A stretch of DNA of 64,000 bases from an uncultured Gemmatimonadales bacterium (GCA_963816355.1 CAWFKH010000006.1:192001-256000), one strand, 5' to 3'. Shown: positions 1 to 11,867, counted from the stretch's first letter. Made by a program: numbers and translations. Notes: generated from the sequence alone by a model not told the origin.

Positions 1-3000
1 CTCTGGTACAGGGACGCGATCATCTACCAGATCCACGTGAAGGCGTTCTTCGACAGCGACGGCGACGGGATCGGCGATTTCGCGGGGCTGCGACAGAAGC
101 TGGACTACCTGCAGGAGCTGGGCGTCACCGCGTTGTGGCTGTTGCCGTTCTACCCCTCGCCTTTGAAGGACGACGGCTACGACATCGCGGACTACACCGG
201 CATCCATCCTTCGTACGGCGACATGCAGGACTTCCGCGCGTTCCTGCGGGAAGCGCACGAGCGCGGCCTGCGCGTGATCACGGAGCTGGTGGTCAACCAC
301 ACGTCGGATGCGCACGCGTGGTTTCAGCGGGCGCGGCGGGCGAAGCCGGGCAGCGCGGCGCGCGACTTCTACGTGTGGAGCGACACGCCGGAGAAGTACG
401 CCGAGGCGCGCATCATCTTCAAGGACTTCGAGCACTCGAACTGGGCGTGGGATCCGGTCGCGAAGGCGTACTTCTGGCACCGCTTCTACTCGCACCAGCC
501 GGACCTGAACTACGACAATCCGCAGGTGCGCAAGGCGGTGCACCGGGTGATGGACGCGTGGTTCGAGATGGGCGTCGACGGGATGCGGCTGGACGCGATC
601 CCCTACCTCGTGGAGCGCGAGGGCACGAACTGCGAGAACCTGCCGGAGACGCACGCGGTGTTGAAGGAGCTACGTGCGCATCTGGACGAGCACTTCGAGA
701 ACCGCATGCTGCTGGCGGAGGCGAACCAGTGGCCGGAGGACGCGGCGGCGTATTTCGGCGCGGGCGACGAGTGCCACATGAACTTCCACTTCCCGCTGAT
801 GCCGCGGCTCTTCATGTCGGTGCACATGGAGGACCGGTTCCCGATCATCGACATCCTGAAGCAGACGCCGCCGATCCCGGAGACGGCGCAGTGGGCGATC
901 TTCCTCCGCAACCACGACGAGCTCACGCTGGAGATGGTGACGGACGAGGAGCGCGACTACATGTACCGCGTCTACGCATCGGACCCGCGGGCGCGCATCA
1001 ACCTGGGGATCCGCCGCCGTCTCGCGCCGCTGCTCGAGAACAACCGTCGCAAGATCGAGTTGATGACGAGCCTGCTGCTCTCGCTGCCAGGCACGCCGGT
1101 GGTCTACTACGGCGACGAGATCGGGATGGGGGACAACATCTACCTGGGCGACCGCAACGGCGTGCGCACGCCGATGCAGTGGAGCGGCGACCGCAACGCC
1201 GGCTTCTCGCGGGCGAATCCGCAGCGTCTCTTCCTGCCGGTGGTGACCGACCCGGAGTACCACTACGAGTCGGTCAACGTGGAGGCGCAGCAGAACAACC
1301 CGTCGTCGTTGCTGTGGTGGACGCGGCGGGTGATCCAGATGCGCAAGCACCACCGTGCGCTGAGCCGGGGCACGATCGAGTTCCTGCAGCCGGAGAACCG
1401 CAAGGTGCTCGCGTTCGTGCGCGAGCTCGAGGAGGAGCGCATCCTCGTCGTGGTCAACCTGTCGCGCTTCACGCAGTACGTGCGGCTCGACCTGTCCGCC
1501 TACGGCGGCGCGGTGCCGGTGGAGCTGTTCGGCCAGACGGAGTTCCCGCCGATCGGCGAAGAGCCGTATTTCCTGACCCTGGGGCCGCACACGTTCTACT
1601 GGTTCTCGATCGTGCCGGAAGGGACGCGCGTGCAGCTCCGGGGCGCCGACGCCGCGTCCGCGCGCGAGACGGTGATCCCCGTGCCGCACGAGTGGCAGGA
1701 CGTCTTCCGCGGCCGCGCGGGGGAGCGCCTCGAGGCGCTCCTGCCGTTCCACCTGCGGGCGCAGCGCTGGTTCCGCGGCAAGGCGCGCCCGGTGCGCCGC
1801 TGCTCGGTCGTCGACGTGATCCGGCTCGACGGCGTCGCGTGGGCGGTGTTGCTGCTGGTGCGCGTCGACTTCGTGGACGGCGAATCGGACACGTACGTGC
1901 TGCCGCTCGGCTTCGAGCCGCACGCGGGGCGCATCGAGACGACGCGGCCCGCCGCGATCGTGACGCGCGTGCGGCTGCCGGACACGGAGGAGCCGGGTGC
2001 GCTCTACGACACCACGATGGAGCCGCAGATCGCGGCGGCGCTGCTCGGCGAAGTGGCGGGGCGGCGCGCGCTGCGCGGCATGCGGGGCCAGGTGCGCTCG
2101 GAACGTACGGGCGCCTACCGGCGGCTGGAGACGCGCGGCGAGGCGACGCCGGCGACGGTGATGCGGGCGGAGCAGAGCAACACGTCGATCGTCTACGGCG
2201 ACCGCTGGGTGCTGAAGCTGTTCCGGCGGCTGGAGGACGGCGTGAGCCTGGACCTCGAGCTGGGTCGCTACCTGACCGACCGCGCCTTCCCCAACGCGCC
2301 GGGCGTGGGAGGCACGCTGGAGTACCGCGTGGGCGCCGCGGAGCCGCGTACGATGGCGCTGCTGCAGCAGCACGTCGCCAACGAGGGCGACGCGTGGAAG
2401 CTCACGCTGGACGAGCTCGGCGTCTTCCTGGAGCGTGCGAGCGCGTGGCGGGCGAAGCCGTCCCGCATGGCGGTCGACGCCGGCGCGCTGCTGCGGCTCG
2501 CGCAGAACGAGCCGAGCGAGGAGGCGCGCGAGCTGATCGGCGCCTATCTCGAGCTGTCGCGTCTGCTCGGCCGGCGCACCGCGGAGCTGCACGCGGCGCT
2601 CTCCGGGCGGCCGGACGACCCCGCCTTCGCGCCGGAGCCGTTCACGGTCTTCTACCAGCGCTCGCTCTACCAATCGCTGCGCAACCTGACCGGGCAGGTG
2701 CTGCAGTCGGCCGGGACGCGCCGCGACGAGCTGGTGGCGCGCGCGCCCGAAGTCGGCGCCGTGCTGGATGCGGAAGAGGAGATCCTCGCCCGCTTCGCGC
2801 GCGTACTCGGCCGCCGCATTCACGTCGTGCGCATCCGCACCCACGGCGACTACCACCTCGGGCAGGTGCTCTTCACCGGCAAGGACTTCGTCATCACGGA
2901 CTTCGAGGGCGAGCCGGCGCGGCCGCTGAGCGAGCGGCGCATGAAGCGGTCGGCGCTGCGCGACGTCGCAGGCATGCTGCGCTCCTTCCACTACGCGGTC

Positions 3001-3297
3001 TACACGGCGCGCTTCGAAGCCGCCCGCTCCGGCGTGCTGCGCGGCGACAGCGCGGAGCCGCTGGAGCCGTTCGTGCGCTTCTGGTACGCGTGGGCGGCGG
3101 GGGCGTACCTGCGTGGCTATCTCGAGGCGGCCGCGGGCTCGACGTTCCTGCCCGCCGACGACGCCGACCTGGAGCTCCTCCTGGACGCTTACCTGCTCGA
3201 AAAGGCGGTCTACGAGCTGGGCTACGAGCTGAACAACCGTCCCGACTGGGTGGTCATCCCGGCGCGGGGCATCCTGCAGCTGCTGCGCGACGGATGA
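1..3297 (+). CDS. treS: Trehalose synthase (maltose alpha-D-glucosyltransferase) fused to maltokinase (TreS-Pep2/Mak); 5'-partial
   Basis: Frame 1 is open from base 1 (LWYRDAIIYQIHVKAFFDSDGDGIGDF). GH13 catalytic motifs RLDAIPY, LLAEANQ, LRNHDE. C-terminal maltokinase motifs AEQSNTS, HGDYHLGQVL, DFEGEP. Confidence 0.96.
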   Translation, partial: LWYRDAIIYQIHVKAFFDSDGDGIGDFAGLRQKLDYLQELGVTALWLLPFYPSPLKDDGYDIADYTGIHPSYGDMQDFRAFLREAHERGLRVITELVVNHTSDAHAWFQRARRAKPGSAARDFYVWSDTPEKYAEARIIFKDFEHSNWAWDPVAKAYFWHRFYSHQPDLNYDNPQVRKAVHRVMDAWFEMGVDGMRLDAIPYLVEREGTNCENLPETHAVLKELRAHLDEHFENRMLLAEANQWPEDAAAYFGAGDECHMNFHFPLMPRLFMSVHMEDRFPIIDILKQTPPIPETAQWAIFLRNHDELTLEMVTDEERDYMYRVYASDPRARINLGIRRRLAPLLENNRRKIELMTSLLLSLPGTPVVYYGDEIGMGDNIYLGDRNGVRTPMQWSGDRNAGFSRANPQRLFLPVVTDPEYHYESVNVEAQQNNPSSLLWWTRRVIQMRKHHRALSRGTIEFLQPENRKVLAFVRELEEERILVVVNLSRFTQYVRLDLSAYGGAVPVELFGQTEFPPIGEEPYFLTLGPHTFYWFSIVPEGTRVQLRGADAASARETVIPVPHEWQDVFRGRAGERLEALLPFHLRAQRWFRGKARPVRRCSVVDVIRLDGVAWAVLLLVRVDFVDGESDTYVLPLGFEPHAGRIETTRPAAIVTRVRLPDTEEPGALYDTTMEPQIAAALLGEVAGRRALRGMRGQVRSERTGAYRRLETRGEATPATVMRAEQSNTSIVYGDRWVLKLFRRLEDGVSLDLELGRYLTDRAFPNAPGVGGTLEYRVGAAEPRTMALLQQHVANEGDAWKLTLDELGVFLERASAWRAKPSRMAVDAGALLRLAQNEPSEEARELIGAYLELSRLLGRRTAELHAALSGRPDDPAFAPEPFTVFYQRSLYQSLRNLTGQVLQSAGTRRDELVARAPEVGAVLDAEEEILARFARVLGRRIHVVRIRTHGDYHLGQVLFTGKDFVITDFEGEPARPLSERRMKRSALRDVAGMLRSFHYAVYTARFEAARSGVLRGDSAEPLEPFVRFWYAWAAGAYLRGYLEAAAGSTFLPADDADLELLLDAYLLEKAVYELGYELNNRPDWVVIPARGILQLLRDG

Positions 3298-5648
3298 GCC
3301 GCCCCGGCGGCGCGCTCCGCCGGCTGGCGAGGCTCTACGGCGTTCAGCCGGAATACCGCGACATCGAGGGCCGCCCGCGTGGCGCGGAAGAAGCGCCGCT
3401 GCTCGAAGTGCTGCGTGCGCTCGGAGCGCCGGTCGAGCGGCCGGGGGACGTCGCGTTCGCGCTGCGCCGGCGGCGGGCGGAGCTGTGGCGACGCGGAATT
3501 CCGCCGGTCACCGTCGCGTGGAACGGCCGCCTGCCCGCGCTGCTGCTGCGGCGGCCCGCGGAGGCGGGCGGACTCGAATTCGCCATGCGGCTGGAGGGCG
3601 ACGGCGAAGACGGGTGGACGCCGATCGCGGCGCGCGTGGATGCCGTGGGCGGGACGCGCGTGGAAGGCATCGCGTACCGCCGCGACCGGGTGGTGCCGGA
3701 CGGCGTGGTGCGGCCGGGATATCATCGCTTGCGCGCGAGGTGCGGCGACCGCGCCTGGGAGACGCTGGTCGTCTCGGCGCCGGCGCGGGCGTACGGCGGC
3801 GGGGGGGAGGATCCGCCGCGCCGCGTCTGGGGCGTCTTTCAGCCGCTCTACGGCCTGCGCACGGAGCGCGGCTGGGGGACCGGTGACCTGGGCTCGCTCG
3901 CGGCCCTGGCACGGTGGGTGGCGGAGCGGGGTGGTGCAGTGGTGGGCACGCTGCCGCTACTGGCATCGTTTCTCGAAGAGCCGCTCGAGCCGAGCCCGTA
4001 CGCGCCGGTGAGCCGGCTCTTCTGGAACGAGCTGTACGCGGACCTGACGGGCGCGGCGGAGCTCGACGCGTGTCCCGCAGCGCGCGCGCTCCTCTCCGGG
4101 AAGGCGCTGCAGGAGGGGATCGTGGCGGCGCGTGAATCGCGTGTGGTCGACTACGCGGCGGAGCACGCGCGACGGCGGCCGGTCCTCGATCTGCTCGCGG
4201 GGTGCTTCTTCGAGGCGGGCGGCGAGAGCTCGGCGGAGTACGACGGTTTCCTGCGGGCGTACCCGGAGGCGGAGCGCTACGCGACGTTCCGTGCGATCGT
4301 CGAGCGGCGGCGAGAGCCGTGGCGTGCGTGGCCGGAAGCGCTGCGGCGGGGAGAGATGCCGGCGGGCGAGTACGAGGACGCGGCGCGCCGTCGCCATCTG
4401 TACGCGCAACTCCTGATGCACCGCCAGCTCGGGGCGACGTCGCGGGCCGCGGCGGAGCAGGGCGTGGGGTTGTATCTCGACCTGCCGCTCGGCGCGCATC
4501 CGGACGGGTACGACGCATGGGCGCACCGGCGCCTGTTCGCGGCGGGGATGTCCGCCGGCGCGCCGCCGGACCCGTTCATCTCGAAGGGGCAGAGCTGGGG
4601 GTTCGCCCCGCCGCGTCCGGCCGCGATGCGAACGAGCGGGTACGCGTACACGATCGCAGCGCTGCGCACGCACATGCGCTACGCGGCGGCGCTGCGCCTG
4701 GACCACGTGATGTCGCTGCACCGTCTCTTCTGGGTGCCGCACGGGCGCGAGCCGGCGGAGGGCGTCTACGTCCGTTACCGGCCTGACGAGCTGTACGCGA
4801 TCCTGTCGCTGGAGTCGCACCGCCACGGCACGGTCGTGATCGGCGAGGATCTGGGGACGGTGCCGGCGTCGGTGCGGCGCGCGATGGGGCGGCACGGGGT
4901 CCGTCGCATGTACGTCGCGCAGTTCGAGTTCGGCACCGATGCGACGGCGGCGCCGGCGCGCGTGCCGCCGGACGCGGTGGCGTCGCTGAACACCCACGAC
5001 ATGCCGCCGTTCGCGGCATTCTGGCGCGGTGACGACATCACGGATCGGCAGTCGCTCGGGTGGCTGGACGGCGCCGCGGCGGAGGAGGAGCGGAAGCGTC
5101 GTTCGGCGCAGCGTGAATCGCTGCTGGCGTGGCTGCTGCGCGAGGGCCGGTTGGGCGGCGAGAAGGACGCGGGCGCCGTCCTTGCGGCGCTACTCGGGTG
5201 GCTGGGCGAGAGCGACGCGGAGATCGTCGTGGTGGCGCTCGAGGACCTGTGGCTGGAGACGCGGCCGCAGAACGTGCCGGGCACGTGGCGGGAGCGTCCG
5301 AACTGGCGGGGCCGCGCCGCCCACCGGCTGGAGGAGGCAGGGGCCGTGGAGGGCGTGGAGGCGCGGTTGCGGCGGCTGCGCGAGGGCCGGGTGCGGCGGC
5401 GGCTCGCGGCGGAACGGCCGGTTGAAGAGGGTGGCGGCGGAGGTGGACTGGAGGTCGGATCGCCGCCGCGGGGAAGGCCGCGACGGATCGTCGGGAAGGG
5501 TCCAGGTGAAGGGGGAGACGGATTTGAATCGCGAGAGCCAGGGAACGAAGACGGCGAAGGGGCGGCGTGCGGCGCGGGGGCCGGGAGGGCGCGGAGGCGG
5601 GCGCGGCGGGGCCGCGCGGCCGAGTGCGGCACGACGCATCGCTGCTGA
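3294..5648 (+). CDS. malQ: 4-alpha-glucanotransferase (amylomaltase, GH77); true 3' end uncertain
   Basis: ATG at 3294 overlaps the treS stop (ATGA). Motifs [51 protein letters not shown]. The last ~80 aa are low complexity and overlap glgB. Confidence 0.92.
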   Translation: MSRPGGALRRLARLYGVQPEYRDIEGRPRGAEEAPLLEVLRALGAPVERPGDVAFALRRRRAELWRRGIPPVTVAWNGRLPALLLRRPAEAGGLEFAMRLEGDGEDGWTPIAARVDAVGGTRVEGIAYRRDRVVPDGVVRPGYHRLRARCGDRAWETLVVSAPARAYGGGGEDPPRRVWGVFQPLYGLRTERGWGTGDLGSLAALARWVAERGGAVVGTLPLLASFLEEPLEPSPYAPVSRLFWNELYADLTGAAELDACPAARALLSGKALQEGIVAARESRVVDYAAEHARRRPVLDLLAGCFFEAGGESSAEYDGFLRAYPEAERYATFRAIVERRREPWRAWPEALRRGEMPAGEYEDAARRRHLYAQLLMHRQLGATSRAAAEQGVGLYLDLPLGAHPDGYDAWAHRRLFAAGMSAGAPPDPFISKGQSWGFAPPRPAAMRTSGYAYTIAALRTHMRYAAALRLDHVMSLHRLFWVPHGREPAEGVYVRYRPDELYAILSLESHRHGTVVIGEDLGTVPASVRRAMGRHGVRRMYVAQFEFGTDATAAPARVPPDAVASLNTHDMPPFAAFWRGDDITDRQSLGWLDGAAAEEERKRRSAQRESLLAWLLREGRLGGEKDAGAVLAALLGWLGESDAEIVVVALEDLWLETRPQNVPGTWRERPNWRGRAAHRLEEAGAVEGVEARLRRLREGRVRRRLAAERPVEEGGGGGGLEVGSPPRGRPRRIVGKGPGEGGDGFESREPGNEDGEGAACGAGAGRARRRARRGRAAECGTTHRC

Positions 5649-7546
5649 CGGAGTACGACGTCCACCTCTTCAGCGAGGGCACGCACTTCCGGCTGTACGA
5701 GAAGCTGGGCGCGCACCCGATGGAGGTGGAAGGGGAGGCGGGGACGCACTTCGCGGTATGGGCACCGAACGCGCGGGCGGTGTCGGTCGTGGGTGACTTC
5801 AACGGATGGGACGGGGGCGGGCACGCGACTGGCGCCGCGCGCCTCGACGGGAATCTGGGAGGGGTTCATCGCGGGCGTCGGCGCGGGCACGGTCTACAAG
5901 TACCACGTCGAGTCGAGCCACGGCGGCTACGTGGTGGACAAGGCGGATCCGTTCGCGTTCCGCGCGGAGGTGCCGCCGCGGACGGCGTCGGTGGTGGCGG
6001 ACCTGGAGTACGCGTGGGGCGACGACGCGTGGCTGGCGCGGCGCGCGACGCTCGACGGCGCGGCGGAGCCGATGAGCGTCTACGAGGTGCACCTCGGGTC
6101 GTGGATGCGCGATCCGGAGGGCAACCGCATGCTGAGCTATCGCGAGCTGGCGCCGAGGCTGGCGGAGCACGTGGAGCGTCTCGGCTTCACGCACGTGGAG
6201 TTGTTGCCGGTGATGGAGCACCCGTTCTACGGCTCGTGGGGCTATCAGACGACCGGCTACTTCGCGCCGACGAGCCGCTACGGCGGTCCCGCGGATTTCA
6301 TGTACCTGATCGACCACCTGCACCAGCGCGGGATCGGCGTCCTCCTCGACTGGGTGCCCTCGCACTTTCCGTCGGACGAGCACGGCCTCGCCTATTTCGA
6401 CGGCACGCACCTCTACGAGCACGCGGACCCGCGGCAGGGATATCACCCGGACTGGAACAGCTACATCTTCAACTACGGCCGCAACGAGGTCCGCTCCTTC
6501 CTCGCCTCGAGCGCCCTGTTCTGGCTGGACCGCTACCACGCCGACGGCCTGCGCGTGGACGCGGTGGCGTCGATGCTCTACCTGGACTACTCGCGCAAGG
6601 CGGGCGAGTGGATCCCGAACGTGCACGGCGGGCGCGAGAACCTGGACGCGATCGCGTTCATGCGCACGCTCAACGAGGGGCTCTACCGCGAAGCGGCCGG
6701 AATCCAGACGGTGGCGGAGGAGTCGACGGCGTGGCCAATGGTGTCGCGCCCGACGTACGTCGGCGGCCTCGGCTTCGGCATGAAGTGGGACATGGGATGG
6801 ATGCACGACACGCTGCAGTACATGCAGCGCGAGCCGATCCACCGGCGCTGGCACCACGGCGAGCTCAGCTTCCGCATGATCTACGCGTTCAACGAGAACT
6901 TCGTCCTGCCGCTGTCGCACGACGAGGTGGTGCACGGCAAGGGCTCGCTGATCGGCAAGATGCCGGGCGACGACTGGCAGCGCTTCGCGAACCTCCGCCT
7001 GCTCTTCGGCTACATGTGGTCGATGCCCGGCAAGAAGCTGCTCTTCATGGGGGGCGAGCTCGGGCAGTGGCGCGAGTGGAACCACGAACAGAGCCTGGAC
7101 TGGCACCTGCTCGAAGAGGGCGAACGCCACGCGGGCGTGCAGCGCTGGATCGGCGACCTCAACCGCCGCTACGCGGAGGAGCCCGCGCTGCACGAGCTCG
7201 ACTTCAATCCGGACGGCTTCGAGTGGATCGACGCCAGCGACGCCGAGCAGAGCGTGCTCTGCTACCTCCGCCGCGCGTCCGCCGCGCCGCCGATCCTGTG
7301 CGCGCTCAACTTCACGCCCGCGCCGCGCGAGAACTACCGGTCGGCGTGCCGGTCGCGGGCCGCTGGGAGGAGGTCCTGAACGGCGACGCGCCGGCTTACG
7401 GCGGCAGCGGGATCGGCAACCTCGGCGGTGTCGAGAGCGCACCGGTGCCGAGCCACGGCCACATGCAGTCGCTCAACCTCACGCTGCCTCCGCTCGCTGC
7501 GCTCTTCCTGCGCGCTCCCCGGCAGGGGCGGGAGCCGAGCCAGTGA
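5567..7546 (+). pseudogene. glgB: 1,4-alpha-glucan branching enzyme, split by two single-base frameshifts (~5826 and ~7340); probably sequencing errors in an intact gene
   Basis: The N-terminus ([34 protein letters not shown]) and C-terminus ([24 protein letters not shown]) are in frame 2. The catalytic core ([42 protein letters not shown]) is in frame 3. Start uncertain (5567, 5624 or 5524). Confidence 0.9.
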
Positions 7547-9444
7547 GCCCGCCGCCCGCGTGGCCGGACGGCAGGCTCGGGGCGACGCCGATCGCGCCCG
7601 ACGCCTGCCGGTTCCGAGTGTGGGCGCCCCGTGCCGAGCGCGTGGAGGTGCGGCTGGTCGAGGAGGGCCGGCCGGTCGAAGAAGGGCGGCTGGAGACATT
7701 GCGGCGAGAGGCGGACGGCTACCACGCCGGCGACGTCGAGAGCGTCACGGCCGGCGCGCTCTACCTGTACCGCCTGGACGGGGGCGAGGAGCGCCCGGAC
7801 CCGGCCTCGCGTTCGCAGCCGCGCGGCGTGCACGGCCCGTCGCGCGTGGTGGCGCGGGCGCGGGAGCCGGCGCAGTGGCGGATGCCGGCGCCGGGCGACG
7901 TCGTCTTCTACGAGGCGCACGTGGGCACGTTCACGTCCGAGGGCACCTTCGACGCGGTCATCCCGCGCCTGGAAGGCCTGCGCGAGCTGGGCGCGAACGC
8001 GCTCGAGCTGATGCCGATCGCGCAGTTTCCCGGCGCTCGCAACTGGGGCTACGACGGCGTCTATCCGTTCGCGGCGCAGGAGAGCTACGGGGGCGCCGCG
8101 GGGCTCGTGCGCCTGATCGATGCGGCGCACGCGGCGGGCGTCGCCGTCGCGCTCGACGTCGTCTACAACCACCTCGGGCCCGAGGGCAACTACCTGCGCG
8201 ACTTCGGGCCCTACTTCACCGACCGCTACCGCACGCCGTGGGGCGACGCTCTGAACTTCGACGGCGCGGGCAGCGACGAGGTACGCCGCTTCTTCATCGA
8301 GAGCGCGCTGTACTGGACGATGGAGTGCGGCGTCGACGCGCTGCGGCTGGACGCGATCCACGCGATCGTCGATCCGTCGCCGCTGCCGTTCGTCGAGGAG
8401 CTCGCGCGCGTGGTGCATGCCGAGGCGGAACGGCGAGGGCGGCGCGTGTGGCTGATCGGCGAGAGCGACGCGAACGATCCGCGCGTCGTGCGTCCGGCGG
8501 AGCTGGGCGGACTCGGACTGGACGCGCAGTGGGCCGACGAGTTCCACCACGCGCTCCACGCGCTCGCGAGCGGCGAGCGGCACGGCTACTACGCGGATTT
8601 CGGTCGCGTCGCGGACCTCGCCCGCGCCTTCGAAGGGCCGTTCGTCCACCGCGGCGAGCGATCGGACTTCCGCGGGCGCCGTCACGGCCGCGCGGCCGCC
8701 GGCGCGGCCGCGCGGCGGTTCGTCGTCTGCTGTCAGAACCACGATCAGGTGGGCAACCGCCTGGCCGGCGATCGCGTGGACACGCTCGTCGACTTCGAGA
8801 CGCGGAAGGCGATGGCGGCGGCGGTGCTGCTCTCGCCGTTCGTGCCGCTGCTCTTCATGGGCGAGGAGTACGGCGAGCGGGCGCCGTTCCCGTACTTCGT
8901 GAGCCACGGCGATGCGGCTCTGGTGGAGGCGGTGCGGCGCGGTCGCGCGGCGGAGTTCTCGGCCTTCCGCTGGGAGGGCGAGCCGCCCGATCCGCAGGCG
9001 GAGTCGACGTTCCGGTCGGCGGTCCTGCGGCGGCCGGACGAGGGCACGGAGGGCGAGGGGAGCGAGCGCGCGGCCTCCCTGCGCGCATTTCACGCGGAGC
9101 TGATGCGGGTGCGGGCGGACCTCTGGGACCGCGACCGTTCGGCGTCCGAGCTGCTGCGGGCGTGGCCGCTGGAGCGGGAGCGGCTGCTGGTGGTGGCGGC
9201 GCGCCAGGGCGGGACGCTGCTCCTGCTCCGGGTCGGCGGATCGGCGGGCGCGGTGCGGATCGAGCCGCCGCCGGGTGCGTGGCGGCGGGTGCTGGATTCG
9301 GCGGAAGCCCGGTGGGGCGGCCCGGGGAGCGCGGTTCCGCCGCGGATCGCCGGCGATGGCGCGGTGTCGCTGGACCTTCCCGGGAGCGTGGCGGTGCTCT
9401 TCCGCGCCGAGACGGGCCGCCGCGGCGGCGAGGCGGCGGCATGA
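7543..9444 (+). CDS. treZ: Malto-oligosyltrehalose trehalohydrolase (GH13)
   Basis: [70 protein letters not shown] overlap with the glgB stop. Confidence 0.95.
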   Translation: MSPPPAWPDGRLGATPIAPDACRFRVWAPRAERVEVRLVEEGRPVEEGRLETLRREADGYHAGDVESVTAGALYLYRLDGGEERPDPASRSQPRGVHGPSRVVARAREPAQWRMPAPGDVVFYEAHVGTFTSEGTFDAVIPRLEGLRELGANALELMPIAQFPGARNWGYDGVYPFAAQESYGGAAGLVRLIDAAHAAGVAVALDVVYNHLGPEGNYLRDFGPYFTDRYRTPWGDALNFDGAGSDEVRRFFIESALYWTMECGVDALRLDAIHAIVDPSPLPFVEELARVVHAEAERRGRRVWLIGESDANDPRVVRPAELGGLGLDAQWADEFHHALHALASGERHGYYADFGRVADLARAFEGPFVHRGERSDFRGRRHGRAAAGAAARRFVVCCQNHDQVGNRLAGDRVDTLVDFETRKAMAAAVLLSPFVPLLFMGEEYGERAPFPYFVSHGDAALVEAVRRGRAAEFSAFRWEGEPPDPQAESTFRSAVLRRPDEGTEGEGSERAASLRAFHAELMRVRADLWDRDRSASELLRAWPLERERLLVVAARQGGTLLLLRVGGSAGAVRIEPPPGAWRRVLDSAEARWGGPGSAVPPRIAGDGAVSLDLPGSVAVLFRAETGRRGGEAAA

Positions 9445-11867
9445 ACCGCTTCCTGTGCGTCCACGGCCATTTCTATCAGCCGCCGCGGGAGAATCCGTGG
9501 CTGGAGTCGATCGAACGGCAGGAATCCGCCTCGCCGTACCACGACTGGAACGAGCGTATCACGGCGGAGAGCTATGCGCCGAACGGAGCGTCGCGGATCC
9601 TCGACGAGCGCGGCCGCATCGTGCGGATCGTCAACAACTATGAGCGGATCAGCTTCAACTACGGCCCCACGCTGCTGGCGTGGCTGGAGGCGAACGCGGC
9701 GGACACGTACGCCCGGATCGTGGAGGCGGACGCGTCGAGCCAGGCGCGTTTCGGCGGCCACGGCTCCGCGCTCGCGCAGGCGTACAACCACATGATCCTG
9801 CCGCTGGCGAACGATCGCGACGTGCACACGCAGGTGTCGTGGGGCGTGGCGGATTTTCGGCAGCGCTTCGGCCGCGAGCCGGAAGGAATGTGGCTGCCGG
9901 AGACGGCGGTGGACGTGCGCTCGCTCGAGGCGCTGGCGGCGCACGGGATCCGCTTCACGATCCTGGAGCCGGGGCAGGCGCGGCGCGTGCGCCTGCTCGG
10001 CGGCGGCGCATGGGAAGACGTGAGCGGGGGGCGCATCGATCCCACGCGGCCCTACCTGCAGCGGCTGCCGTCGGGCCGGGAGATCGTCCTGTTCTTCTAC
10101 GACGGACCGATTTCGCGGGGCGTCGCGTTCGAGCGGCTGCTGAGCAACGGCGAGCGCTTCGCGGGCCGGCTGCTCGGCGCGTTCCGGGCGGACCAGGGGC
10201 GGCCGCAGCTCGTCCACATCGCGACGGACGGCGAGACGTACGGACACCACCACCGCCACGGCGAGATGGCGCTCGCGTTCGCGCTGGCGCAGATCGAACG
10301 TCGACCGGACGTCGAGCTGACGAACTACGGCGAGTACCTCGAGCGGCACCCGCCGGAGCACGAGGTGGAGATCGTGGAGGGGACGTCGTGGAGCTGTGCC
10401 CACGGCGTCGAGCGGTGGCGCTCCGACTGCGGGTGTCATACCGGCGGCGAGGCGGGGTGGAACCAGGCGTGGCGGGCGCCGCTGCGGGAGGCGCTCGACT
10501 GGCTTCGCGACGCGCTCGTGCCGCGCTACGAGCGCTTCGCAGGTCGCCTGTTCACGGACCCGTGGGGGGCGCGCGACGCCTACATCCACGTCATCCTCGA
10601 CCGCTCGGCCGCGTCGCTCGACCGCTTCTTCGCGGGCCAGCAGCGCAGCGAGCTCGGCGAGGCGGAGCGGGTGCAGGCGCTGAAGCTGCTCGAGCTGCAG
10701 CGCCACGCGATGCTGATGTTCACGAGCTGCGGCTGGTTCTTCAACGAGCTGTCCGGCATCGAGACGGTTCAGGTGATGCAGTACGCCGGGCGCGTCGTCC
10801 AGCTTGCGCACGAGCTCTTCGAGGTGCACGTCGAGGAGGGGTTCCTCGAGCGGCTCGCGCGGGCGCAGAGCAACATCCCGGACGAAGGCAGCGGCCGCGA
10901 CGTCTACGACCGGCGGGTGCGGCCGGCGGCGGTCGATCTGGCGAAGGTCGCGGCGCACCACGCGGTGCTGTCGCTCTTCGAGCCGCCGGACGAACGCGAC
11001 CACGTCTACTGCTACGACGTTCGCGTGCTCGACCGCTCGGACCAGGAGTCGGGGCGGGCGCACATGGAGTTGAGCCGCGTTTCCGTACGCAGCGAGATCA
11101 CGCTCGAGTCGCTCGAAGTGAGCTGCGCGGCGGTGCACTTCGGGGACCACAACGTGTACGGCGGGGTGCGCACGTTCAGCGGCGACGAGGCGTACCGGAA
11201 GCTGATGGCGGACGTGGTGGCGGCGTTCCGGAAGTCCGACTTCCCGGCGCTCGTGCGCGGCATCGATCAGGCGTTCGGCGGCGCGACGTACTCGCTCGGC
11301 ACGCTCTTCCGGGACGAGCAGTATCGCATCCTGCAGCTCCTGCTGGCGGACCAGGTGGTCGAGACGGAGCAGGTGTACGAGCGCATCTACAAGAACCGCA
11401 CGCCGCTGATGCGCTTCATCGCGGGGCTGGGCTTCCCGCAGCCGCCGGTGTTCCGCACCACGGCGGAGCTGGTGCTGAACGGGCGTCTGCGCACGCTGCT
11501 GCAGCGAGCGTCGGTCGACGCGCGGCAGGTGGGCGAGGTGCTCGAGGAGGCGCGCATGGCGGACGTCGTCCTCGACGCGCCGGGTCTCGGCTTCGCCTTC
11601 ACGGGGACGCTGGACACGCTGGCGGAGCGGCTCGAGGCGGCGCCGCAGTCGGCGCAGCTTCTGGAGCGGTTGGAGGGGCTGGTCGAGCTGGCGGGGTCGC
11701 TGCCGTTCGAGGTGCGGCTGTGGCAACTGCAGAACGCGGTGTACCTGCTGCGCGAGGAGGAGCTTCCGGAGCTGGGCGCCCGCGCGGCCGCGGGCGACGC
11801 TGCCGCGGCCGCGTGGGTCGAGCGTTTCCGCAGCGTCGCCGAAGGCGTCGGCGTCGCGGTCGACTGA
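9441..11867 (+). CDS. GH57-family glycoside hydrolase with C-terminal DUF3536-type domain
   Basis: ATG 9441 overlaps the treZ stop. HGHFYQPPRENPW, GMWLPETAVD, IATDGETYGHH, SWSCAHGVERW, MFTSCGWFF. Confidence 0.88.
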   Translation: MNRFLCVHGHFYQPPRENPWLESIERQESASPYHDWNERITAESYAPNGASRILDERGRIVRIVNNYERISFNYGPTLLAWLEANAADTYARIVEADASSQARFGGHGSALAQAYNHMILPLANDRDVHTQVSWGVADFRQRFGREPEGMWLPETAVDVRSLEALAAHGIRFTILEPGQARRVRLLGGGAWEDVSGGRIDPTRPYLQRLPSGREIVLFFYDGPISRGVAFERLLSNGERFAGRLLGAFRADQGRPQLVHIATDGETYGHHHRHGEMALAFALAQIERRPDVELTNYGEYLERHPPEHEVEIVEGTSWSCAHGVERWRSDCGCHTGGEAGWNQAWRAPLREALDWLRDALVPRYERFAGRLFTDPWGARDAYIHVILDRSAASLDRFFAGQQRSELGEAERVQALKLLELQRHAMLMFTSCGWFFNELSGIETVQVMQYAGRVVQLAHELFEVHVEEGFLERLARAQSNIPDEGSGRDVYDRRVRPAAVDLAKVAAHHAVLSLFEPPDERDHVYCYDVRVLDRSDQESGRAHMELSRVSVRSEITLESLEVSCAAVHFGDHNVYGGVRTFSGDEAYRKLMADVVAAFRKSDFPALVRGIDQAFGGATYSLGTLFRDEQYRILQLLLADQVVETEQVYERIYKNRTPLMRFIAGLGFPQPPVFRTTAELVLNGRLRTLLQRASVDARQVGEVLEEARMADVVLDAPGLGFAFTGTLDTLAERLEAAPQSAQLLERLEGLVELAGSLPFEVRLWQLQNAVYLLREEELPELGARAAAGDAAAAAWVERFRSVAEGVGVAVD

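Noticed and set aside
135..3293. Apparent 1837-aa protein with MalQ at its C-terminus (also 7428-11867, 16700-18739 and 49358-52699 as listed)
   Set aside because: The upstream parts are off-frame read-through of neighbouring genes; real starts are internal (3294, 9441, 18289, ~51811).
5820..5830. Programmed ribosomal frameshifting in glgB
   Set aside because: No slippery heptamer or stimulatory structure is visible, and similar single-base indels occur at 7340 and 46454, pointing to sequence error.
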